A DNA stretch of 64,000 nucleotides, from positions 24,657-88,656 of the forward strand of contig DAOUCV010000026.1 in the NCBI GenBank assembly GCA_034432095.1, written 5' to 3'. This stretch comes from Dehalococcoidales bacterium (GTDB lineage: Bacteria > Chloroflexota > Dehalococcoidia > Dehalococcoidales > UBA2162). Below, piece after piece: positions 55,279 to 64,000 of the stretch. The stretch's first letter is position 1. Each line of letters opens with the position of its first letter. The notes beneath the pieces were generated by a model. It saw only the letters and a program-made list of their open reading frames with translations. It was not told where the DNA came from and searched no databases. A program made the position numbers and the translations under genes.

Positions 55279-56916
55279 CTACTGATATAATGAACAGGCA
55301 AGCTCCTCCCGGGTGATAATTTCAATGAGGGCTGCCCGCCCTGAGTCCACGGCTTTCTTTGCCCTTTTTATTGCGGGAATAATATCACCCGGCTGTTCTA
55401 CCTTTTCCGCATAGCCCCCCAGTCCTTCAGCGACTTTAGCATAATCTCCCGATTGCCGATTGAGATTATAGCGCTCGGAAGCTACCGGATGAAACCTCGT
55501 ATATCCCGAAAGTACCGAATTATTTACCACGATGACCAGGATGGGGATCTTCTCCCTCACTGCCGTCTCGAAGTCCATACCCACCATACCAAAGGCGGCG
55601 TTACCCATAAAAGCAACGGCGGTCTTATCCGGTCTGGCTAGCTTTGCCCCCATGGCAAAGCCCAGGGAACCACCCAGCGTGGTCGTCTTTCCCCAACCGA
55701 TATAGCCCCCCGGTATAAGACACTCCCAGAAAGGAACGAGGTGGTCTCGCGGATAGCCGGAGTCGTGGGTGATGATTGTTTCCCTCCTGTCTAACACCTG
55801 CATCATGTCCCAGATGACCCGGTAGGGATTAATGGGGACCTCATCGGAGGTAAGCTTCGGCATCCACTCTTTCAGCCACTCATCCTTGACCGCCTTAATC
55901 TCTTTAGCAACAGCTTTTTCCCCTTTTCTACCTTCAGGACCAATCTGTGCTTTAACTTCCTCGATGAGCTGTCGCAGCACTAGCTTGGCATCCCCAATGA
56001 TGGCGTGCTCCAGGGAATAGTCTTTGTTTATGTCCCGTTCATCTATGGTAGACTGTATGACACGCTTGTCATCGGGGATAGGAGTGGTAAAACCCTCTTT
56101 GGTACAGCTGGAGCCGATGGCAAACACCAGGTCGGCTTTCTTTAGAAAGTGCATCACCATTTTGGGTCGTGTCCGTCCGCCGGTCCCGAGGGATAGAGGA
56201 TGATTCTCCGGGAAGGCGCTCTTCCCGCACATCGTGGTGAACACCGGGATCTGTAGTAACTCGGCAAGCTCGCGCAGTTCATCCCAGGCACCGGCAAAGA
56301 GGGTTCCCTGACCCGAGCGGATGATTGGATTCTTGGCGGCAATCAGGGCTTTAGCTACTGCCCTTACATCGGCAGGGTCTCCCTCAGCCTTGACGCCTTT
56401 TACCGGTCTATACTGGAACCTAGCATCATCAAACTCCTCCATGGCTACATCCCCTGGTACCTCGAGCAATACCGGACCTGGGCGCCCCGTTCGGAGGTAA
56501 GTAAAGGCGCGTCTCATCATCTCAGGCACCTGGTCAGCGAAGTAGATCATATCTGTCCACTTGGTGATTTCCCGGTAGTTTTTCACCGCAATGAAATGCG
56601 GCGGTACTAACCGGCGGCGTGGCTGTCCACCGGGCAGGACTAGAATCGGCACCGATTCGCTAAAAGCCTGCGCTACACCCGAGAAAGCGTTTTCAATTCC
56701 AGGTCCGGACTGCATGGCGCAGACACCGATACGCTGACCGAACGAAGCCCGGGTGAAACCATCGGCTATGCCCACCCCCACCCGTTCATTCCTCGCCATT
56801 ATCGGTCTGATGCCTTCCTCGGCACCGGCTTCGATTACGGGGTTCTGGGGGAAACCGCTGATAAAGTCAACCCCTTCCATCTTCAGAATCTTCGCTATGG
56901 CAGTTCTACCTTGCAT
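55279..56916 (-). CDS. thiamine diphosphate-dependent enzyme (acetolactate synthase large-subunit / sulfoacetaldehyde acetyltransferase superfamily)
   Basis: 545 aa with the three-domain ThDP layout and the ThDP-binding motif region (GNAAFGMVGMDFETAVREKIPILVIVVNN). Confidence 0.8.
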   Translation of the reverse strand: MQGRTAIAKILKMEGVDFISGFPQNPVIEAGAEEGIRPIMARNERVGVGIADGFTRASFGQRIGVCAMQSGPGIENAFSGVAQAFSESVPILVLPGGQPRRRLVPPHFIAVKNYREITKWTDMIYFADQVPEMMRRAFTYLRTGRPGPVLLEVPGDVAMEEFDDARFQYRPVKGVKAEGDPADVRAVAKALIAAKNPIIRSGQGTLFAGAWDELRELAELLQIPVFTTMCGKSAFPENHPLSLGTGGRTRPKMVMHFLKKADLVFAIGSSCTKEGFTTPIPDDKRVIQSTIDERDINKDYSLEHAIIGDAKLVLRQLIEEVKAQIGPEGRKGEKAVAKEIKAVKDEWLKEWMPKLTSDEVPINPYRVIWDMMQVLDRRETIITHDSGYPRDHLVPFWECLIPGGYIGWGKTTTLGGSLGFAMGAKLARPDKTAVAFMGNAAFGMVGMDFETAVREKIPILVIVVNNSVLSGYTRFHPVASERYNLNRQSGDYAKVAEGLGGYAEKVEQPGDIIPAIKRAKKAVDSGRAALIEIITREELACSLYQ

Positions 56917-57055
56917 CCTGACGCTTCTCCTTTCTTTTCTACCGTAATAGAGATTTACAGACTATAGTAAGCGTCTCAAAGCATACCGCAGTAAACCGGT
57001 CCTGTCAATTATGGGTTATTTAATCAATATGCTATAGTTTATATAGAGGTGACGG

Positions 57056-57826
57056 ATGGATAAAATTGACGCTGTTTCGGATATTATTGTGCAATCGAAA
57101 AGGATTGTCGTCTTTACCGGTGCGGGCATCAGTACCGAATCAGGCATCCCTGATTTTCGCAGTCCCGGGGGTATCTGGGAGAGATATGACCCGAATGAGC
57201 TTACCTATCAGAAATTCCTGACAAGCCAGGCAAGCCGGGAGAAATACTGGGAGCGACAGCGGTTGCTCTGGCCGGTAATCGCTGCCGCCAAACCTAACGC
57301 CGGACATCTTGCCATCGCCGAGCTTTATAAAATGGGTAAGCTGGACTGTGTCATCACTCAGGACGGCGATAGTTTGCATCAGAAATCTGGGGTTCCTGAG
57401 GAAATGGTCATCGAACTACACGGCACCTGGACAAGGGCTGTCTGCCTTGGCTGTGGCAGGAAATATCCCAGTGAAGAAGTCCAGGTCAGGCTTGAGGCAG
57501 GAGAGAAGGTACCTACCTGTAAGGAGTGCGGCGGCATTATGAAGCCAGACGTTATTCAGTTTGGTCAGCCAATGCCGGAGAAAGAAACCCATGAAGCCCA
57601 AAGGAGAGCCGCCAGTTGTGATTTACTGCTAGCGTGTGGTTCGTCACTGGTAGTCTATCCGGCAGCCCAGATGCCGCTAATCGCCAAAGAAAATGGAGCC
57701 AAACTGGTTATCATTAACCTTACGCCAACGCCTCACGACCAGTATGCCGATGTGGTTATTAATGAAAAGATAGGGGCGGTTTTGCCCCGAATAATTGAGC
57801 AGGTCAAGGCAAAAAGTAAGAAGTAA
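57056..57826 (+). CDS. cobB: NAD-dependent protein deacylase, Sir2 family
   Basis: GAGISTESGIPDFRS, QDGDSLHQKSG, HG, zinc ribbon CxxC...CxxC (CLGCG, CKECGG). Confidence 0.9.
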   Translation: MDKIDAVSDIIVQSKRIVVFTGAGISTESGIPDFRSPGGIWERYDPNELTYQKFLTSQASREKYWERQRLLWPVIAAAKPNAGHLAIAELYKMGKLDCVITQDGDSLHQKSGVPEEMVIELHGTWTRAVCLGCGRKYPSEEVQVRLEAGEKVPTCKECGGIMKPDVIQFGQPMPEKETHEAQRRAASCDLLLACGSSLVVYPAAQMPLIAKENGAKLVIINLTPTPHDQYADVVINEKIGAVLPRIIEQVKAKSKK

Positions 57827-57828
57827 CG

Positions 57829-58338
57829 CTAGGATGACGGTGGAAAAGGTTTTTTCGCTCTGGTTGAGCAGAAGAGGGAGCAAGCAAGCAAAATAACGCC
57901 GACCGTTAAGGCAGAATCGGCAACGTTAAAGGCTGGCCAGATACCGATACTGATAAAATCAGTAACATAGCCAAAGCGAAGCCGGTCGATTAAATTACCG
58001 ACGGTGCCACCAAGAATCAGGCCAAGGGCCAGTTTAGCTAGCTTGGTATCTAAGAGGGGAAAGCGACGAGGAACAAGGAAAACAAAAAGCAGAACAAGGA
58101 CAATACCGATAAAGTCCACTATACTCAGGAAAAAGGAATGTCCCTGAAGTAAGCCGAAGGCAGCTCCAGTATTTTGAATATGGGTGATACGGAAAAATCC
58201 TGCCTCAAAAATAGGCTGCCCGTCAGTATAGAGCCTTATCCATCTCTTGCTGAGCTGGTCAACCGCTACCACCAACAAGGCAGTCAGGGAAAAGACTGCG
58301 TACCACCAATTAGCCTGGCGTGAATCTGCCCTTCGCAT
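57829..58338 (-). CDS. lspA: lipoprotein signal peptidase (signal peptidase II)
   Basis: 169 aa, 4 TM helices, conserved NTGAAFG and FNVADSALTVG motifs. Confidence 0.9.
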   Translation of the reverse strand: MRRADSRQANWWYAVFSLTALLVVAVDQLSKRWIRLYTDGQPIFEAGFFRITHIQNTGAAFGLLQGHSFFLSIVDFIGIVLVLLFVFLVPRRFPLLDTKLAKLALGLILGGTVGNLIDRLRFGYVTDFISIGIWPAFNVADSALTVGVILLACSLFCSTRAKKPFPPSS

Positions 58339-58681
58339 TCCTTGCCTTACACGTGACGCATAAGCTTGCCTGAGGAAGCGCCTCCAATCGGTTCTGCCCT
58401 ATCGGTTGACCACAACTATCGCACAGGCCATAGGTTCCTTCGTCAAATTTGCGTAAAGCATGCTCTATCTCGGCCAGATGACTTTTCACCTGCTTCTCTA
58501 GGGCTAGCCGCTTCTCCAGTTCAAGGCTCTCGGTAGCTTCCTCCTCCCTTTTGCCAAACGGACTGCCCTCACGCCTCACCTCTGTAGGACGGGCACTAGC
58601 TTCTAATTGCGTTAATTCCTCAAGTAAGCGCTTTTTCTCACTCTCTAAACGAGAGCGAAGTTGTTCAAAGGTGGTAGCCAC
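58310..58681 (-). CDS. DksA/TraR-family C4 zinc-finger protein
   Basis: Coiled-coil N-part and CDSCGQPI...CVTCK zinc finger. Overlaps the lspA start by 29 nt. Confidence 0.8.
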   Translation of the reverse strand: MATTFEQLRSRLESEKKRLLEELTQLEASARPTEVRREGSPFGKREEEATESLELEKRLALEKQVKSHLAEIEHALRKFDEGTYGLCDSCGQPIGQNRLEALPQASLCVTCKARNAKGRFTPG

Positions 58682-58797
58682 TTCTTCTTCCTCCCGCTCA
58701 CCTGCCAGCTTAAGTGGGCGTCGTTTCCGTTTTAGATATTGACAGGTAAGCTATTATACTTAAATTGTTAAATAGAGAACAATAAATGAACGGGTGA

Positions 58798-59565
58798 TTA
58801 GTCCAGCATCACGCGAAGTTGGCGAATGGTACTGACTGATTGCCCACGCCAGTGATTGTTGGCGAAGACGAAGGTCTTTTCCGCCACACTGTCCAGCTTC
58901 CGAATTCTGGGCAGCCACTCGCTAAGTTCTTGAGGTGTGTAGCTATAATCGTACCGCTCATAAGCGTGCTCGTGTTGCCACCACTTTTCACTATTACGCC
59001 CATGAAAGCGGACATAACCTATCTCACCCGTTACCTCAGCCAGGGGTGGTAAAAGATTGGGCAGTTGCGGCTCATCAACACAGCAGAAGCCTAAGTTCAG
59101 GTGCCGAAGCCAGTCAAATACTTCATCCCTCAGCCACTGAGCATTACGGAATTCAACAACCACCGGTAACTTGCCGAGCCGTTCCCTGAATATTTTGAGG
59201 TATTCCCAGTTGGTTCGATTCGGCCGGAAACTATACGGGAACTGAGCCAGGATACAGCCCAGCTTGCCCGCCGAGATGACAGGCTCTAACATCTGGCAGA
59301 AAGCCTCAAAAATGGCTTCGTTATTTTCCCGTTGGTGAGTCATTTCTTGATGCGCCTTAATAGAAAACAGGAAATTTTCATTTGTTTTTTTGACCATGGC
59401 CTTCATACTGGACAATTGGAGGAAAGAATAATAGGTTGAATTTACCTCACAGGTATTAAATTCACGCGCGTAATAGGCAAGCCACTCCCGCTTGGGCATA
59501 CCTATCGGGTAGAAGTTCCCCACCCAATCATCATAGCTAAAGCCGGAAGTACCTAAGTATATCAT
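58798..59565 (-). CDS. DUF72 (UPF0759, YecE-like) family protein
   Basis: N-terminal IYLGTSGFSYDDWVGNFYP and overall DUF72 layout. Confidence 0.8.
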   Translation of the reverse strand: MIYLGTSGFSYDDWVGNFYPIGMPKREWLAYYAREFNTCEVNSTYYSFLQLSSMKAMVKKTNENFLFSIKAHQEMTHQRENNEAIFEAFCQMLEPVISAGKLGCILAQFPYSFRPNRTNWEYLKIFRERLGKLPVVVEFRNAQWLRDEVFDWLRHLNLGFCCVDEPQLPNLLPPLAEVTGEIGYVRFHGRNSEKWWQHEHAYERYDYSYTPQELSEWLPRIRKLDSVAEKTFVFANNHWRGQSVSTIRQLRVMLD

Positions 59566-59605
59566 ATTCCCTCTATATATTCAATGTAGCCTATCTATGC
59601 TATTT

Positions 59606-59694
59606 TATCAACTTTATTCACTCTCCTTAAGAGGGAGACGGGGATGAATATTATGAGAGGGGCTCCGTCTCTCTGCCCTTCTCTGTCTGGTATA
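59606..59694. repeat. miniature/degenerate copy (L4) of the multi-hairpin element
   Basis: Begins with the same TATCAAC terminus (59606-59612). Contains C-type (CTCTCCTTAAGAGGGAG) and B-type (GAGAGGGGCTCCGTCTCTC) modules. The right end is poorly defined. Confidence 0.45.
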
Positions 59695-59755
59695 GTCAAA
59701 ACCCTCTTTTTGGGCTATGATAAGGAAAATAAATTATAGAGCAGGGGTGAAGAAT

Positions 59756-60103
59756 ATGAGAGAGTCAGTTATCGCCGATATAAGGGTCCTACCTTTTGGC
59801 ACGGAGACCGCCAGCTTGAGCCACTATGTTGCCGCCTGTGTTAACGTGCTGAAACAGGCTCCGGATATAAAATACCAGATAACACCTATGGCAACGATGG
59901 TTGAAGGTCCCCTGGAGAGGATACTGGAGCTAGTGCAGGAAATGCACGAATTACCCTTCACCATGGGAGTTAAGCGAGTGGTTACCAGCATCAGCATTGA
60001 TGACCGACGCGATAAACAAATTACCATGGAGAGCAAGGTTAAGGCGGTAGAAGACAAACTCCGAGCCCAGCCGCATAGAGAGTTGGCAGGACTCGTTCAC
60101 TAG
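59756..60103 (+). CDS. UPF0045 / MTH1187-YkoF-like thiamine-binding fold protein
   Basis: 115 aa. The pattern DIRVLPFGTE...SHYVAACVNVLK...YQITPMATMVEG is typical of the MTH1187 family. Confidence 0.7.
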   Translation: MRESVIADIRVLPFGTETASLSHYVAACVNVLKQAPDIKYQITPMATMVEGPLERILELVQEMHELPFTMGVKRVVTSISIDDRRDKQITMESKVKAVEDKLRAQPHRELAGLVH

Positions 60104-60156
60104 CCACATATCTAAGACAGTAGAGACAAGGGTTTGTTATCGGGCTTCCCCGCCAC

Positions 60157-60206
60157 TTGACAGTAATGAATGGTTTAAGTAAGATGTAGATGAAAAAATT
60201 TTTCAT
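60157..60206 (+). promoter_or_regulatory. promoter TTGACA-17-TAAGAT with overlapping 8-1-8 AT-rich palindrome (candidate Fur-family operator)
   Basis: TTGACA at 60157-60162, TAAGAT at 60180-60185. Perfect inverted repeat ATGAAAAA-A-TTTTTCAT at 60190-60206, over the predicted transcription start and 13 nt before the regulator ATG. Confidence 0.55.
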
Positions 60207-60218
60207 TTAGAGCTTGAA

Positions 60219-60650
60219 ATGAGGTTTACAGAGAGAAAAGTGGTAGCGGCATTGAGGCAACATAGCTATAAACTTACTCCACAGCGGCGGGCGATAATCC
60301 GCACCATCGTTTCCACTCAGGACCATCTTACTCCAGCCACTATATATGAGAAGATGCGCCAGGTTTACCCTGATATCGGGCTGGTAACTGTTTACCGCAC
60401 CCTCGGCATACTTGCTGAACTGGGGCTCATCTGTGAGGTGCATGCCGGAGGTAGTTGCCGAAGCTATACAATTAGCAACCCGCGGCACCACCACCACTTG
60501 ATTTGTTCTAACTGTGGTATAGTTGTTGACTTCACCAGTCACCATCTTGGTAGACTGGAGCGCAGTCTTTCCAGGCAGAGCGGGTTCAGAATAGACAGCC
60601 ACCTGCTTGAGTTCGTTGGCCTCTGCCGGGCGTGTCAGAAAGCAAGATAA
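60219..60650 (+). CDS. zur: Fur-family metalloregulator, probably Zur
   Basis: 143 aa. Winged helix (LTPQRRAIIRTI), HHHH patch, CxxC...CxxC (CSNCG, CRAC). Immediately upstream of a ZIP transporter. Confidence 0.75.
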   Translation: MRFTERKVVAALRQHSYKLTPQRRAIIRTIVSTQDHLTPATIYEKMRQVYPDIGLVTVYRTLGILAELGLICEVHAGGSCRSYTISNPRHHHHLICSNCGIVVDFTSHHLGRLERSLSRQSGFRIDSHLLEFVGLCRACQKAR

Positions 60651-60666
60651 ATGTCATTCAGGTGTA

Positions 60667-61431
60667 GTGAGTTGGGGGGATGATTCCAGTTTGGTAACTT
60701 TGATACAGATACTGGTAGCTACTTTTATCGTCAGTATTATTGCCTTTGTTGGTATCCTGACCTTCTTCTTGAGACAGGAATTATTGAACAAAGCCCTGCT
60801 TCTTCTGGTAGCACTTTCTGCCGGAGGTTTAGTCGGTGGCGCTTTTCTGCATCTAATACCTGAAGCTATTGAGAAGGCGGGAGCCAGCCTGGGCATTTTC
60901 TTGTTTTTACTCCTCGGTTTCTGCCTTTTCTTCGTCCTGGAGCAATTCCTACGGTGGCGACATGAACACGGTACAGTTCATCGGGTGCAGCCTTTCTCTT
61001 ACCTGATTTTAATCAGCGATAGCGTGCACAATTTTGTTGACGGTTTGGTTATCGCTGCCAGCTTTATTGTCAGCTATCCAATAGGCATTGTTACCACCCT
61101 GGCAGTAGCGCTCCATGAGATACCTCAAGAGCTTGGTGATTTCGGGGTTTTAGTGTATGGTGGCTTCACCGGAAGGCGAGCCCTGGTTTTTAACTACATT
61201 TCCGCAATTACCGCAATCGTTGGGGGTGTTACTGGCTATTTCCTCTCTTCTCCAATGCAGGATTCTATCGTTTATCTTCTTCCTTTTGCCGCCGGCAACT
61301 TCATCTATATCGCCGCGGCGGATTTAATCCCCGAAATTAAACATACGACAAACCTTGGAAGGTCAGCAATCCATTTCTGTGCTTTTGTGGCTGGTTTAGG
61401 AATCATGCTAGCCGTCAAGTATATCCACTGA
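60667..61431 (+). CDS. ZIP-family divalent metal (zinc) transporter
   Basis: Polytopic protein with ZIP signatures (HNFVDGLVIA, ALHEIPQELGDF). The start is uncertain: GTG 60667 or TTG 60691. Confidence 0.8.
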   Translation: MSWGDDSSLVTLIQILVATFIVSIIAFVGILTFFLRQELLNKALLLLVALSAGGLVGGAFLHLIPEAIEKAGASLGIFLFLLLGFCLFFVLEQFLRWRHEHGTVHRVQPFSYLILISDSVHNFVDGLVIAASFIVSYPIGIVTTLAVALHEIPQELGDFGVLVYGGFTGRRALVFNYISAITAIVGGVTGYFLSSPMQDSIVYLLPFAAGNFIYIAAADLIPEIKHTTNLGRSAIHFCAFVAGLGIMLAVKYIH

Positions 61432-61522
61432 TTTCGCTTGCCACCCCAGAGTATATGGCCTATAATCTTCCCATAGAAAGAGGCAAAGCTCCTTTAACAA
61501 AGTCATCGCCCAAGGAAGGGAA

Positions 61523-62446
61523 GTGAATCTTTCAGTCCAATTAGCCCCTAAACACCCGCGGGGATTGTTGCTGGCCAACCCGGTAATGACTGCTTCTGGC
61601 ACCTCTGGCTACGGCACCGAGCACAGCTACCTTTTTGATATTCAGAAGCTAGGGGCAATGGTATGCAAGGGGACTACCCTTGAGCCCAGGGAGGGTAACC
61701 CTCAGCCGAGGCTGGTCGAGACCGCCTGGGGCTTGCTCAACTCAATCGGGCTGGAGAATATCGGCGTCGATGCCCTGATTAAGGAAAAAGCGCCGGTCTG
61801 GGCAAGCTGGCAAATACCGGTCATCGTTAATATTGCCGGTGAAACCGTTAACGATTACGCCAGACTAGCGGGTCGGCTTGAAGGCGTAGCCGGGGTGAGT
61901 GGACTGGAAGTGAATATCGGCTGCCCTAACATCAAAGCTGGCGGTGCCGAGTTTGGCGCTTATCCCGATTCGGCGGCTGAGGTGACCACCGCCGTCAGGA
62001 ACGCCACTTCTTTACCCATACTGGTCAAATTGACTCCGAACACTTCAGATATAGCCAAGGTAGCTCTGGCCGTTGCCGGGGCTGGAGCCGATGCCCTAAC
62101 CTTAATCAATACTCTGAAGGGTATGGCTATTGACATTGCTAGGCGTAAACCCCTGCTGGGTAACATCACCGGAGGGCTATCCGGACCAGCCATAAAACCG
62201 GTGGCGCTATATATGGTCTATGAGGTGGCTGGTGCCGTAGACATACCTATCATTGGCTGTGGTGGCATCATGAGCGCCAGTGATGCTATAGAGTTCATTA
62301 TGGCTGGCGCCAGCGCCGTTCAGGTAGGGACGGCTGGGTTTGCCAACCCCCGGGCTCCGCTTGACGTCCTGGAGGGGATAGAGCAATTTATGAAGAAAGA
62401 GAGGATAGATAATCTGACCGACCTTATCGGCGTTGCCCGGCGGTAG
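61523..62446 (+). CDS. pyrD: dihydroorotate dehydrogenase, class 1 catalytic subunit
   Basis: 307 aa. ASGTSGYG, NIGCPN (active-site Cys), GGLSGPAIKP, IGCGGI. Confidence 0.9.
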   Translation: MNLSVQLAPKHPRGLLLANPVMTASGTSGYGTEHSYLFDIQKLGAMVCKGTTLEPREGNPQPRLVETAWGLLNSIGLENIGVDALIKEKAPVWASWQIPVIVNIAGETVNDYARLAGRLEGVAGVSGLEVNIGCPNIKAGGAEFGAYPDSAAEVTTAVRNATSLPILVKLTPNTSDIAKVALAVAGAGADALTLINTLKGMAIDIARRKPLLGNITGGLSGPAIKPVALYMVYEVAGAVDIPIIGCGGIMSASDAIEFIMAGASAVQVGTAGFANPRAPLDVLEGIEQFMKKERIDNLTDLIGVARR

Positions 62447-62455
62447 AAATTGAAT

Positions 62456-62569
62456 ATGAGCGCCATCGTTGAATGTGAGCATCTCACCAAAAGCTACGGT
62501 AGCTTGGTTGCCGTCAATGATGTCAGTTTTACGGTTGAGGAATATAGTGTATGGGATGCCTCTGGATGA
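62456..62569 (+). pseudogene. 37-codon relic of an ABC transporter ATP-binding gene
   Basis: MSAIVECEHLTKSYGSLVAVNDVSFTVEE is the standard N-terminal beta-strand region of ABC ATPases. The frame ends (YSVWDASG-stop) just before where a Walker A motif would lie. Confidence 0.55.
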
Positions 62570-62653
62570 GCCCTGGCAGTCTGGAATAATGGCGGGCTGG
62601 CTCGTTGTAGGCAACATCATCACTGTAAAGATTCTTCCGGTGGGAATAGCTCC

Positions 62654-63283
62654 CTAGCTGTTACTCAGCGATACCTTCTTTCCCGGTGACACGGTACCGG
62701 CAGATACCACCAGCCTCAGGGCATCTTCGACGGTGAGACTGGTGGGGACAATCTCATCCTCCTTGACTATTTCTAAAAAGCCCGTGGTTGGATTAGGCGA
62801 TGTGGGTATGAAGACAGTAATAAGTCGGTCTCCTGAGTTGGTATCAAGCTTATTGGTAACAAAACCGATAGACCGAATGCCTTTTCTGGGAAACTCCACG
62901 AATACTACCTGCATAAAACCGGACTCACCGGGCGACACAAAACCTTCAAGAACCTGTTTGATGCCGTGGTAAAGCCCCCGGACTAGTGGCACTTTATCCA
63001 ACAGTGTTTCTCCAAAGGCGATAATCCTCTTCCCGATGATATTGCTGGCTATGATTCCAGCCAGAAAAACCAGTAGTATGATAATGCCGAAGCCAACACC
63101 AGGAACCGGATGTTCCCATACAGACTTAATTATGGGCTGAAGGATCTTGTCTAGGCTATTGAAAACCCAGATTAACAGCCATACAGTGGCACTTAGTGGC
63201 ACAACAACGAGGATACCGAGGAAGAACTTGTTTCTCAGTTGCTTGGCTAACCAGCCCCACGAAATTCCATGCACACTAGCCAT
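62654..63283 (-). CDS. DUF502 family membrane protein
   Basis: 209 aa, two N-terminal TM helices, conserved IPTSPNPTTGFL motif. Confidence 0.75.
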   Translation of the reverse strand: MASVHGISWGWLAKQLRNKFFLGILVVVPLSATVWLLIWVFNSLDKILQPIIKSVWEHPVPGVGFGIIILLVFLAGIIASNIIGKRIIAFGETLLDKVPLVRGLYHGIKQVLEGFVSPGESGFMQVVFVEFPRKGIRSIGFVTNKLDTNSGDRLITVFIPTSPNPTTGFLEIVKEDEIVPTSLTVEDALRLVVSAGTVSPGKKVSLSNS

Positions 63284-63412
63284 CGCACTTGACCTCCTTG
63301 CTTTGTAAGTCTAGCTTGGGACTTTATTAAGGGTATACTGCACCAATGCATGAAGCGGTTCTCAAAGACCTGACAATCATTGTTTCATGTTCTAAGTTTG
63401 TGTGAATGCTTA

Positions 63413-64000
63413 TTAGAGCCGCAACTCCAGACGGGGCTCGAGTAACCGCTTGGGGACGTTGGTCTCACGCATAAACTTGACCAGTAATTGATGGAGCTCA
63501 CGGGCTATGTCCCGGTGCTGAGATATCACGTTTTTCTCCTGCTTGGGGTCTTGTGATAGGTTGTATAATTCTGACCCGCCTGGTTCGACGTCATAGAGTA
63601 GTGACCACTCGTCAGTGGTGACAGTCGCCATAGAAGGCGTGATACACTTTCGCCGGATATGGTCAACCAACTGGTCCGTATCACCGGCGTTAATGAATGG
63701 ACAGGCAGTGAACACATGCTCACGGCCAGGTAGGGTCGGGTCTTTTATCATCGGCAGTAGCGATTTGCCTTCGACCCGGGAGGGTATTTCCTGCCCCATG
63801 ATTTCGAGAACCGTTGGCATCAGGTCCACCGCTGATGTCAGACCATCATAAGTTCCAGGAGGAATACCGGGCACATAAATAAGCAAGGGGATAGCCGCAA
63901 CTTCCTCGTACAATGGTGAGCGTGCCCAGGCTCCGGGCGTGCGCGGGTACATGCCGGGGGGTGGTGAACTCTCATCTCCTGCCTCCCTGGCGAAGACCAT
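63413..64000 (-). CDS. sulfatase-family protein, C-terminal part (5' end beyond window)
   Basis: The ORF is open to the window edge. DLMPTVLEIMG and the C-terminal sulfatase subdomain pattern are present. Confidence 0.7.
   Translation of the reverse strand: MVFAREAGDESSPPPGMYPRTPGAWARSPLYEEVAAIPLLIYVPGIPPGTYDGLTSAVDLMPTVLEIMGQEIPSRVEGKSLLPMIKDPTLPGREHVFTACPFINAGDTDQLVDHIRRKCITPSMATVTTDEWSLLYDVEPGGSELYNLSQDPKQEKNVISQHRDIARELHQLLVKFMRETNVPKRLLEPRLELRL

Noticed and set aside
55122-55325. ORFs 55122-55325(-) and 50724-50918(-) as small proteins
   Set aside because: Most of their length is a translation of the hairpin repeat modules (PLPFLRGRGKF and SPVSPSPY-type low complexity), and they run into neighbouring genes.
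59566-59755. TPP riboswitch upstream of the YkoF/MTH1187-like gene
   Set aside because: No CUGAGA / ACCUGAUCUGGAUAAUGCCAGCG-type core is present. The structured sequence there matches the L4 repeat modules instead.

Overview
This is a gene-dense bacterial window of about 60 genes with no rRNA, tRNA or CRISPR array. Gene content suggests an anaerobic Chloroflexota (Dehalococcoidia-like) genome, but that placement is inference only: RemA-Gmk pair, Sec-dependent formate dehydrogenases, acetogen-type MetV/MetF, GGAGG ribosome-binding sites and TTGACA-type promoters.

Housekeeping genes include hisS, mutS, efp-epmA, gmk, ribD-ribE-ribBA-ribH, lepB, lspA, pyrD and a zur-ZIP pair. Accessory redox and transport genes sit between them.

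Main observations:
1. There are two paralogous formate dehydrogenase alpha subunits. The ORF track splits each at an in-frame TGA, but each TGA is followed by an E. coli fdhF-like SECIS hairpin, so I read both as selenocysteine codons.
2. One copy (9703-14889, + strand) sits in a canonical NuoE / HydB-type NuoF / FdhA module.
3. The other copy (46434 down to 38385, - strand) heads a tightly coupled operon: Sec-FdhA, a NuoE reduced to its N-terminal helical part, a NuoF-like protein with degenerate FMN/NADH motifs but an intact 4Fe-4S motif, MetV, a membrane histidine kinase placed between metV and metF, MetF, and two CheY-like receivers. This is the best candidate for an undescribed system, possibly a formate-linked methylene-THF reductase with its own sensor.
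4. A roughly 230-290 bp MITE-like intergenic element occurs three times, plus one miniature copy. It is bounded by about 17-nt inverted termini and built from recurring GA/CT-rich hairpin modules, with G-quadruplex-type G-tracts at one end.

Other points: a single-polypeptide asymmetric ABC exporter (degenerate first ATP site), tandem Zn-ADH paralogs with mosaic end conservation, a split DUF169-like gene, a 37-codon relic of an ABC ATPase gene, a G9 tract inside the FMN loop of nuoF, and a rib operon with no recognisable FMN riboswitch. All calls come from reading the translations and the DNA; no database search was run.
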